From an uncultured Holophagales bacterium (lineage in GTDB: Bacteria; Acidobacteriota; Thermoanaerobaculia; Multivoradales; UBA5704): a DNA stretch of 64,000 bases. Shown piece after piece: positions 56,451 through 64,000 of the stretch (the first letter of the stretch is position 1; each line of letters opens with the position of its first letter). Under the pieces are notes generated by a model. That model did not search any database and was not told where the DNA came from. It saw only the letters and a list, made by a program, of their open reading frames with translations. The stretch covers positions 1 to 64,000 of the forward strand of contig CAWJGT010000009.1 in NCBI GenBank assembly GCA_963842525.1, read 5' to 3'. A program made the position numbers and the translations under genes.

Positions 56451-57749
56451 ATGGCAGCCTTGGTGATCCGCAGCCAGCGGGTGGTGACCCCCGAGGGGGT
56501 ACATCCCGCCACGGTCCATATCCGGGAGGGCAGGATCGAACGCGTGGGCTCCCCGGACGAGACCGCTTCGATCGACTGCGGCGACTCGGTCCTGATGCCG
56601 GGGATCGTGGACACCCACGTGCACATCAACGAGCCGGGCCGGACCGAGTGGGAAGGGTTCGAGACGGCCACGTCGGCCGCGGCGGCCGGGGGCGTTACCA
56701 CCCTGGTGGACATGCCGCTCAACAGCATCCCGGCCACGACCAGCAGTGAGGCGCTGCGGGCCAAGAGAGCCTCGGCTGCGGGAAAGTGTGCAGTCGACGT
56801 GGAATTCTGGGGCGGCGTGGTACCGGGCAATGCATCTGAGCTGCCGGGATTGCTGACCGACGGTGTTCGCGGCTTCAAATGCTTCCTGGTCCCCTCTGGA
56901 GTGGATGAGTTCCAGCACGTCGGGGAGGCCGACCTGCGGGAGGCCATGCCCATCCTGGCGCGGCACGGGGCCGTGCTCCTCGTCCATGCCGAGCTGCCGG
57001 GACCGATCGACGCGGCGGCACGGGTATGGGACGGCGCGGGGCCGGAGGAGCTGCGGTCCTACGAGCGCTACCTGCGGTCCCGTCCCGACGCGGCCGAGAT
57101 GGAGGCGGTCGAGCTGATGGTGCGCCTCTGCCGGGAGACCGGCTGCCGGGTCCATATCGTCCACGTCGCGTCCGCGGAAGTCTTGCCGGTGCTCCGGCGG
57201 GCGCGGGAGGAAGGGCTGCCGGTCACCGCCGAGACCTGCCCGCACTACCTGACCTTTGCCGCGGAAGAGATCCCCGACGGCGGGGTCGCCTTCAAGTGCG
57301 CGCCGCCGATCCGCTCGCAGGAGAACCGGGAGCGCCTGTGGGATGCCTTGCGGGACGGGCTGCTCGATCTCGTGGCCACGGACCACTCGCCGTGTCCGCC
57401 TGTGCTCAAGAAGATCGAGACCGGCGACTTCCGCGGCGCCTGGGGCGGCATCGCCTCGCTGCAGCTCGCCCTGTCCGCGGTGTGGACCGGAGCCCGGGAG
57501 CGCGGCTTCACGGTGGCCGACCTGGCAGAGTGGATGTGCGCGGCCCCGGCACAGCTTGCCGGCCTCGAAGGGAGGAAAGGAGCCATCGCTCCGGGATACG
57601 ATGCGGACCTGGTGATCTGGGATCCTGAGGCGAGCTTCGTGGTGGACCCCGCGATGCTCCGCCACCGACACCCGATCACACCCTACGTGGGGCGGACGCT
57701 TCATGGCGTGGTTCACCGGACCCTGCTGCGAGGAGAGGATGTCTTCTGA
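56451..57749 (+). CDS. allB: Allantoinase
   Basis: DTHVHINEPGRTEWEGF, DMPLNSIP, ETCPHYL, KCAPPIR, TDHSPC. Confidence 0.96.
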   Translation: MAALVIRSQRVVTPEGVHPATVHIREGRIERVGSPDETASIDCGDSVLMPGIVDTHVHINEPGRTEWEGFETATSAAAAGGVTTLVDMPLNSIPATTSSEALRAKRASAAGKCAVDVEFWGGVVPGNASELPGLLTDGVRGFKCFLVPSGVDEFQHVGEADLREAMPILARHGAVLLVHAELPGPIDAAARVWDGAGPEELRSYERYLRSRPDAAEMEAVELMVRLCRETGCRVHIVHVASAEVLPVLRRAREEGLPVTAETCPHYLTFAAEEIPDGGVAFKCAPPIRSQENRERLWDALRDGLLDLVATDHSPCPPVLKKIETGDFRGAWGGIASLQLALSAVWTGARERGFTVADLAEWMCAAPAQLAGLEGRKGAIAPGYDADLVIWDPEASFVVDPAMLRHRHPITPYVGRTLHGVVHRTLLRGEDVF

Positions 57750-58759
57750 TGACCGATTTCACTGAGCTTGTGGACCTCGCGGCCGAGCGGCTGGGCGGCG
57801 CGGTCCTGGCGGCGAACGACGAATTCTTCGCGCCCAAGGAGAACCTGCTCAAGGCCGCCGAGCCGGTCTGGATCGAGGGCAAGTACACCGACGTCGGCAA
57901 GTGGATGGACGGCTGGGAGACCCGGCGGCGGCGCGAGCCGGGCCACGACTGGTGCGTCGTCCGCCTCGGCCTGCCCGGGGTGCTCCGCGGCGTGATCGTC
58001 GATACCGCCTATTTCCGCGGCAACTACCCCGAGGCCTGCTCGCTCGAAGCCTGCGCGGTGCCGGGCCATCCGGCGCCCGAGGAGCTGACGCCCGACCGGG
58101 TGACGTGGACCGAGGTCCTGCCCCGGTCGCCGCTCCAGGGAAACACGAAGAACCGCTTTCCGATCGAAGCGGACGCCGGACGGGTCACCCACCTCCGCCT
58201 CCTCATCTATCCGGACGGCGGCGTCGCGCGGCTGCGGGCCTATGGAGAGGTCACGGCCGACTGGGCGCGGCTGGCTCGCTTCGGCAGCGAGGTCGACCTG
58301 GCGGCGGTCGAGAACGGCGGCCTCGTGGCCGCGGCGAGCGATATGTTTTTCGGCTCGCGGCACAGCCTGATTCTGCCCGGACCGTCGCGGGGCATGCACG
58401 ACGGCTGGGAGACGCGGCGACGGCGGGGACCGGGCCACGACTGGGCGATCCTGCGGCTGGGGGCGCGCGGCACGGTCCACCGGATCGAGGTGGACACCTC
58501 ACATTTCAAAGGCAACGCACCCGGGTCCTGCTCGATCGAAGGCTGTGATGTTGCCGACGCCCTGCCCGAGCAGCTCGCCCAGCCCACCTTCGGCGGTTGG
58601 CGGGAGATCCTGCCGCGCACGCCTCTGCGGCCCCACACCGTACACCGGTTCGACGAGGTCGCCGCGGCCGGACCGTTCACTCACGCCCGCCTCAACATCT
58701 ACCCGGACGGCGGCGTGGCGCGGCTGCGGCTCTTCGGCCGGCCGGGAGGTGTGCGGTGA
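57749..58759 (+). CDS. alc: Allantoicase
   Basis: Duplicated DGWETRRRR and IYPDGGVARLR motifs. Confidence 0.96.
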   Translation: MTDFTELVDLAAERLGGAVLAANDEFFAPKENLLKAAEPVWIEGKYTDVGKWMDGWETRRRREPGHDWCVVRLGLPGVLRGVIVDTAYFRGNYPEACSLEACAVPGHPAPEELTPDRVTWTEVLPRSPLQGNTKNRFPIEADAGRVTHLRLLIYPDGGVARLRAYGEVTADWARLARFGSEVDLAAVENGGLVAAASDMFFGSRHSLILPGPSRGMHDGWETRRRRGPGHDWAILRLGARGTVHRIEVDTSHFKGNAPGSCSIEGCDVADALPEQLAQPTFGGWREILPRTPLRPHTVHRFDEVAAAGPFTHARLNIYPDGGVARLRLFGRPGGVR

Positions 58760-59241
58760 GCCGGGGCCTGGAGCGGTTGAATGCGGCATCGGCCTCGGAC
58801 GCCGAGGCCATGCTCCAGCCGTGCTGCGGCTCCCACGCCTGGATGCGCCGGACGGCGGAGAGCCGGCCCTTCCGCGATCTGGACGACCTCTACGACACCT
58901 CCGACCGGATCTGGCGGAGCCTCGGCCCCGAGGATTGGCTGGAGGCCTTCGCCGCCCATCCGCGGATCGGCGAACGCGGCGGCCGCTGGGCGCGGCAGGA
59001 GCAGGCCGGAGCCGCCAACGCCGCCGAGGAGGTCCTCGCCGAGCTGGCCGCGGGAAACCGCCAGTACGAGGACCGTTTCGGGTACATCTTCATCGTCTGC
59101 GCCACGGGCAAGAGCGCCGAAGAGATGCTCGACCTCCTGCGCGAGAGGCTCGGCAATGATCCGGAGACCGAGCTCCGCGTCGCCGCCGAAGAACAGCGGA
59201 AGATCACGAACCTCCGGCTTGAAAAACTCCTGGGATCATGA
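58756..59241 (+). CDS. uraD: OHCU decarboxylase
   Basis: EAFAAHPRIGE...YEDRFGYIFIVCATG...EEQRKIT. Confidence 0.93.
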   Translation: MSRGLERLNAASASDAEAMLQPCCGSHAWMRRTAESRPFRDLDDLYDTSDRIWRSLGPEDWLEAFAAHPRIGERGGRWARQEQAGAANAAEEVLAELAAGNRQYEDRFGYIFIVCATGKSAEEMLDLLRERLGNDPETELRVAAEEQRKITNLRLEKLLGS

Positions 59242-59579
59242 GCGGAATCACCACCCACGTCCTCGACACCTCGCGCGGCCGGCCGGCGAGCGGCGTCCCC
59301 GTCCTCCTGGAAATGCGATCGGAAGACGGCTGGCGGGAGATCGGCCGCGCCGAGACCGATCCCGACGGCCGTGCCCGGCAGCTCCTGCCCGCGGGCTCGG
59401 TCTTGACGGAGGGCGTCTACCGCCTCACGTTCGGGATCGAAACCTATTTCCAGGCGCAGGGGATCGAGGGCTTCTATCCCGAGGCCTCCATCGTCTTCCA
59501 CGTGCGGGACACGGCCCAGCACTACCACGTGCCGCTCCTGCTGAGCCCGTACGGCTATTCGACCTACCGGGGGAGCTGA
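59238..59579 (+). CDS. uraH: 5-hydroxyisourate hydrolase
   Basis: ITTHVLDT...HYHVPLLLSPYGYSTYRGS. Confidence 0.96.
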   Translation: MSGITTHVLDTSRGRPASGVPVLLEMRSEDGWREIGRAETDPDGRARQLLPAGSVLTEGVYRLTFGIETYFQAQGIEGFYPEASIVFHVRDTAQHYHVPLLLSPYGYSTYRGS

Positions 59580-59581
59580 GC

Positions 59582-60424
59582 ATGCCCGTCACCCTGAGCG
59601 AAAACAACTATGGGAAACAGGCGGTGCGGCTGGTCACCGTCCGCCGCGGCGCGGAGCGCCACCGGCTCCAGGACGTCACGGTCGCGATCCATTTCTCAGG
59701 GGATTTCACGTCCGCCTACACCGACGGAGACAACCAGGAGGTCCTCCCCACGGACACCATGAAGAACACCGTCTACGCGCTGGCCGCTCAGCATCCGTTC
59801 GAGGACATCGAAGACTTCGGCCTCGCGCTGACCGATCACTTTTTGCAGGAGAGCCCGCGCGCCTCAACCGTCCAGGTCGATCTCGCCGAGCACCTCTGGG
59901 AGCCGATCGAAGCGGGAGGAGCGCCCCATCCGCACGCCTTCCGCAAGGCCGGCAGTGAGAAGCGTACCGCGGTCGTGACGCGCGACCGGGAAGGGGTTCG
60001 GGTGCAGGCCGGCCTCGAAGACCTGGTGGTGATGAAGACCGCGAAATCCGCCTTCGAAGGCTTTCCACGCGACCGCTACACGACACTCAAGGAGACCGCG
60101 GACCGCCTCCTTGCCACAGCAGTGCGAGCCACCTGGCGGTACTCGCGTCCCTACGTCCCCTACGGCGATCTCTGGAGCGAGGTGCGGCGCCTCCTCCTCG
60201 AGACCTTCGCGGAGCACGACAGCCGCTCCGTCCAGCAGACCCTCTACGCCATGGGTGAGGCGGTCCTGGAGACCCTGGACGTCGAAGAGATCCACATCGC
60301 CATGCCCAACCTCCACCACCTGCCGGTCGACCTCACCCCCTTCGACCTGGAGAACCGCAACGAGATTTTCGTGGCGACCGCCGAGCCCTACGGGCTGATC
60401 GAGGGGACGATGCGGCGGGGGTGA
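59582..60424 (+). CDS. pucL: Uricase (urate oxidase)
   Basis: NNYGK, PTDTMKNTV, SAFEGF..D.YTTL, SRSVQQTLY, MPNLH. Confidence 0.95.
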   Translation: MPVTLSENNYGKQAVRLVTVRRGAERHRLQDVTVAIHFSGDFTSAYTDGDNQEVLPTDTMKNTVYALAAQHPFEDIEDFGLALTDHFLQESPRASTVQVDLAEHLWEPIEAGGAPHPHAFRKAGSEKRTAVVTRDREGVRVQAGLEDLVVMKTAKSAFEGFPRDRYTTLKETADRLLATAVRATWRYSRPYVPYGDLWSEVRRLLLETFAEHDSRSVQQTLYAMGEAVLETLDVEEIHIAMPNLHHLPVDLTPFDLENRNEIFVATAEPYGLIEGTMRRG

Positions 60425-60492
60425 GGTTCTCGACATGTGTTATCGTAACGACATGACCGAATTTTCCTTGGCCTTTGCCTGAGGAAACCGCG

Positions 60493-60807
60493 GTGAAACA
60501 GGAAGAGTTGCTTCAGCGTGTGAAACAGACGATCCACGAGGGAGAACCCGGGGCAGAGATCATTCTGTACGGGTCACGCGCTCGCCAGGAAGCCAGGTCC
60601 GAGTCCGATTGGGATTTTCTTGTGCTCCTTGATGGGCCAATGAGCGAAGCGCGCGCAGATTCTATTCGACACCGGTTGTACGAAATTGAATGGGAGAGCG
60701 GGGAAATCTTATGTGCCGTCGTGCGGAGCCGCCAGGATTGGCATAGCCCGCGCTACCGTGCCATGCCGTTTCGGCAAAACGTGGAGCGTGAGGGAGTAGC
60801 GTTGTAA
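60493..60807 (+). CDS. Minimal nucleotidyltransferase (MNT antitoxin-like)
   Basis: ILYGSRARQEARSESDWDFLV. Confidence 0.88.
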   Translation: MKQEELLQRVKQTIHEGEPGAEIILYGSRARQEARSESDWDFLVLLDGPMSEARADSIRHRLYEIEWESGEILCAVVRSRQDWHSPRYRAMPFRQNVEREGVAL

Positions 60808-60941
60808 TGGAGGCAGGCGCAGCGGAAGCCGCACGGGCAGGGGCGGGCCTCGGCACCCCAGCCCGCCACGGCTGCCAACCAGCTTCGACCGCACACGAGT
60901 TGGGCAGGAATGGGCTACCATGGAGCATGATGGAGGTCTCG

Positions 60942-61226
60942 ATGGCACGCATCTCGTTCAACATGACCGAGGACATCCACCCAGCCGCTGACCTCGGGTC
61001 CAGGGCCGCGGATCTGCTCAAGCGGGTCCAGGAGACGCGCCGCCCCATTGTCCTTACTCAGGAGGGACGGGGTACGGCGGTTCTCGTCGATTTCGGCAGC
61101 TTCCAGTCCCTACTGGAAGAGCTGGAGCTCCTCCGCGATGTCCACCGGGGGCTCGCCGACGTTGAAGCCGAGCTGGTCGTCCCCCATGACGAGGCCCGTG
61201 CTCGCCTCCTGGCTCGATACGCATAG
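60942..61226 (+). CDS. Phd/YefM-family antitoxin
   Basis: EDIHP...AADLLKRVQETRRPIVLTQEGRGTAVL. Confidence 0.85.
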   Translation: MARISFNMTEDIHPAADLGSRAADLLKRVQETRRPIVLTQEGRGTAVLVDFGSFQSLLEELELLRDVHRGLADVEAELVVPHDEARARLLARYA

Positions 61227-61293
61227 ACCGTAACTGGCCGGGTCGAGCGGGCTGTCAAGGCCGGGCGTCGCAGCTACTTCATAGGGTGACTTG

Positions 61294-61800
61294 ATGTCAT
61301 TCGTCGATCCCTACATCGTGCCGCTGACCCTGCTCGCTGCGGTGGGGTGCGGCCTCATGGCCGGGCTATTCTTTGCCTTCTCAAACTTCGTGATGAAGGC
61401 CCTCGTGCGCCTCCCTTCTGAGCAAGGAATAGCCGCCATGCAGCACATCAACGTGACGGTCATCAACCCGGTCTTCCTTTTCATCTTTCTCGGAACTGCG
61501 GTGCTCTCGGTGGTCTTGGGGCTCTACTCGCTCACACATTGGGGAGCGGCGGCTTCGCCATGGCTTGTTGTCGGGAGCGCTTGCTACCTCTTTGGTACCT
61601 TCGGCGTAACGATGGCATTCAACGTGCCTCTGAATAATCTGCTCGCGCGAACCAATCCTTCCGCCTCCACATCTGCCGATACCTGGTCCAGCTATGTATC
61701 GCGTTGGCTGCGTTGGAATCACGTCAGAGCTGTCATGGCCGTCGCAGCTACCGCGTCGCTTGTCTATGGACTGACTCGTCTTGCCGATGCCGGCGTGTAG
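61294..61800 (+). CDS. DUF1772/anthrone oxygenase membrane protein
   Basis: GLMAGLFFAFS.FVM.AL...AMQHIN...FNVPLN...WNHVR. Confidence 0.9.
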   Translation: MSFVDPYIVPLTLLAAVGCGLMAGLFFAFSNFVMKALVRLPSEQGIAAMQHINVTVINPVFLFIFLGTAVLSVVLGLYSLTHWGAAASPWLVVGSACYLFGTFGVTMAFNVPLNNLLARTNPSASTSADTWSSYVSRWLRWNHVRAVMAVAATASLVYGLTRLADAGV

Positions 61801-61829
61801 GCGCTGGATCGAAACTCACGGTGATGAAG

Positions 61830-62049
61830 AGCCCCGAAGGGGCATGGGCGTAAAGCCTGGGGTTTTCAACCCCAGGACCTCGGTCCAATATTGACCCAAG
61901 CCCCGAAGGGGCGACGGCACGGGCAAGGGGCGCGAGCCCCGATGCGGTGGTGGAAGCACGCAGATCGAGGCTGAAGAATGCCTGCGCCCCTTCGGGGCTC
62001 AGGAGGATTTGGGGCCACCCACCTGGCGCTGAAGCGCCAGGCTTCTATG
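61830..62049. repeat. REP/BIME-like cluster (AGCCCCGAAGGGGC and CCTGGGG..CCCCAGG hairpins); last unit split by IS110
   Basis: AGCCCCGAAGGGGC at 61830 and 61899, reverse copy at about 61986; the split unit continues at 63653-63672. Confidence 0.8.
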
Positions 62050-63652
62050 TGGGCCCCCGTTGTCAAGCGTTTCGGGTAAGTGGGTCTGCGTTTCGTCTCC
62101 TTCCTGAATGCCGCCTGAGGTTTGTTGCCCGGAGCTCCCCCGGCAGCAAGGTGCTGTTTCTCCTACCTCAAATGCGATCCCGTCTGGGGCTTGCCGATTG
62201 CGCCAGGAACCGTAGTCCCCGTCAAGCTTCTATCCGTGCTGACCTCCCTCAATTTCTTGGAGAGGGCACCAAATGCAGCATGCGCTGCGAGCGACTCGGG
62301 CAAGCAAACGGAGCGGCCCCATCTTTAATGGCGGCTCGAAACCGAACCCAGCCTGGCGCCGGGCACGCTCCTCCCAGCCTGAAATCTCCTATTTTGCGGT
62401 CACACTTTCTGCCTCTTGATCCTTACCTGGCCTTCAGCTCAGCGCCATCAGGAATGATCCCTTGGTCCAAGTAGCGCCACAGCGCGGTCAGAAGCTTGCG
62501 CGCCAGGGCCACGATCCCTACCCGTCGCGAGCGCCGGTTCCCAGGGCCATAGCGCCCCTGGAACCATAAGCTCAAGCGGCTCTGCGGCTGGAACCGCAAC
62601 CACGCCCAGGCGATCTCGATCGACATCGTACGCACCCGCACATTGCCGGACTTACTGATCCCCTGCTCGTGGTCCACCGTCGTGCCGCTCTTGTAGGGCA
62701 TCGGCGTCAACCCAGCCAAGCTGCCTACCTCACGGCGATTCCGGAACTGCCGCCAGCCAAAAAATTCCAGGACGAACAACCAGGCGCTGTTGTCGCCGAT
62801 GGCCTTGAGCTTTTTCAGCCGCTGCACCATCCCGCCCTCTCTGGACGCGGCTTCGGCCCGCTGCCGAGTTTGCTCCAACTCCTTGATCTGACTCTCCAGA
62901 AGCTCCAGCCGCTCGACTTCCCGACGCAGACGCTCCCGCAAGACTGGCAGCAGCGGCTCGCCGTTCCACTGCCGCAACTGCTCCAACTGCTGCGCAAACC
63001 CCTTGCCTACCTTCACCCGGATTCCAAGGCTCACCAGCAAGGACTTGATCCGATTGGTGTGGGCCGTCCGCTCCTGCTTCAGGCCCTCCAACTCTCGACC
63101 CAGGTGGCGCACATCCTCCTGCTCCGGCGTCGGCGCATGCGCCACACCGAACACTTTTCTTTCACCTGCCGCGTAGCGGATCAGCAGCGACAGCAACTTC
63201 TCAGCGTCAACCCGGTCCGTCTTCGCCCGCCGAGCCCGACGATTCACCTCGATGCTCGAGGAGTCCACCACAACGTTCTCCACACCCTCCAGCAGCAAGA
63301 ACCGGTGAAGCCAGAATCCATCCCGGCCTGCCTCGTAGCAACTCACGACAGGAGTTGTTTCCGGTAAACCGAAACGGTGTTTGGCGCGTCCGATCTCCAA
63401 CATCAGCCCGTTGAGATCCCCGGCCGCCACCGAGCGCAGCCGAGGTTTCGGGCCAGCCTCCGCAGCAAAAGCCAACTTCCACTCGCTACCGCCCAGCTCC
63501 AATGCCACGTGCAATGCTCTCTCCGTTCGCGTAAACTCTGCCTTCTGGGCTGTCTGGTTCATCGGGGTTCCCCTTTCAAACGCTAAGTTCCCCGAAACAT
63601 ACAACCAGCGGCCCCGCTCTTGCACCCCCTCGCCCTGCATAGCATCTTTATG
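62050..63652 (-). mobile_element. IS110-family element (about 1.6 kb) inserted in a REP
   Basis: TATG at both junctions (62046-62049 and 63649-63652); removing the element restores a REP matching its partner at 61830-61876. Confidence 0.8.
62423..63562 (-). CDS. IS110-family transposase/recombinase
   Basis: ALELG, CYEAGRDGFWLHR, AKTDRVDA, GLTPMPYKSG, GISKSGN, VALARKL. Confidence 0.95.
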   Translation of the reverse strand: MNQTAQKAEFTRTERALHVALELGGSEWKLAFAAEAGPKPRLRSVAAGDLNGLMLEIGRAKHRFGLPETTPVVSCYEAGRDGFWLHRFLLLEGVENVVVDSSSIEVNRRARRAKTDRVDAEKLLSLLIRYAAGERKVFGVAHAPTPEQEDVRHLGRELEGLKQERTAHTNRIKSLLVSLGIRVKVGKGFAQQLEQLRQWNGEPLLPVLRERLRREVERLELLESQIKELEQTRQRAEAASREGGMVQRLKKLKAIGDNSAWLFVLEFFGWRQFRNRREVGSLAGLTPMPYKSGTTVDHEQGISKSGNVRVRTMSIEIAWAWLRFQPQSRLSLWFQGRYGPGNRRSRRVGIVALARKLLTALWRYLDQGIIPDGAELKAR

Positions 63653-63671
63653 CCCGCCCCCCCTCGGGGCT

Positions 63672-63870
63672 CTTCCCGCGCCGCGATCACCTGGCGCGCC
63701 GCTTCGCGGTCGTAGAGGGCTTCCACCGGCACCGGATTGGCCAGGACTCCCGGCGCCTCGAGCTGCTCGCCCGGATGCGCGATGCGCATCTTCCGGTCCG
63801 GCTGGTGCACCTCGATCCGCCGCGGACCGGTCAGGCGCACCGCCCAGATGTGGCGTGAGCCCGCGGCGAA
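63672..63870 (-). pseudogene. Fragment of a Uma2-like endonuclease C-terminus
   Basis: AAGSRHIWAVRLTGPRRIEVH...PGVLANPVPVEALYD with no intact N-terminus. Confidence 0.45.
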
Positions 63871-63871
63871 G

Positions 63872-64000
63872 CTATTCGTGCTCCCGGAGCATCTGCTCGA
63901 GAGGTATGGTGGCCTTCTCCGAGAAGCGTTCCTGCAGGAATCGCATGAACTCCGGGTTGCTGCCGAGGAGATCAGCCTCAACCCGGAGGTCGTCGACCGA
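63872..64000 (-). CDS. C-terminus of a small antitoxin-like protein (partial)
   Basis: Manual translation SVDDLRVEADLLGSNPEFMRFLQERFSEKATIPLEQMLREHE*. Confidence 0.5.
   Translation of the reverse strand, partial: SVDDLRVEADLLGSNPEFMRFLQERFSEKATIPLEQMLREHE

Noticed and set aside
56451-60424. Purine catabolism operon as a novelty
   Set aside because: Well-known pathway with canonical motifs.

Overview
GC-rich bacterial window. The gene families and dispersed repeats suggest Acidobacteriota (Thermoanaerobaculia-like); this is an inference. It has four zones. (1) 1-13.3 kb: a cro/cI-like divergent XRE switch with leaderless promoters; three TPR proteins, two of them HTH-TPR (RRNPP-like architecture) that flank a small secreted peptide with three (D/E)HGCxxDPxGxC cores; a protein of four RNAP alpha-CTD-like repeats; two divergent Cys-rich secreted peptides; and lower-GC morons. 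(2) 13.3-31.9 kb: a minus-strand virion module with a Mu-type head (TerS, TerL, DUF935 portal fused to a MuF fragment, protease, decoration protein, gpT capsid, gp36, gpG) and a sheathless tail with a very short tape measure. No Mu transposase is visible; a Xer-like tyrosine recombinase sits head-to-head with terS. (3) 32-41.6 kb: TIR-NB-ARC-TPR, two dif-arm-like palindromes, and large inverted mosaic repeat arrays around a PD-(D/E)xK gene and a Phd-VapC pair. (4) 41.7-64 kb: mostly housekeeping, with amidohydrolases, an MBL hydrolase plus CHAT/TPR-S protease pair, an RDD/SpoIIM/MoxR/DUF58 operon, a purine catabolism operon (allB-alc-uraD-uraH-pucL), orphan antitoxins, and an IS110 inserted in a REP. 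Many single-base frameshifts occur even in housekeeping genes and are probably long-read assembly errors. All family calls come from motif recognition by eye; no database searches were run.
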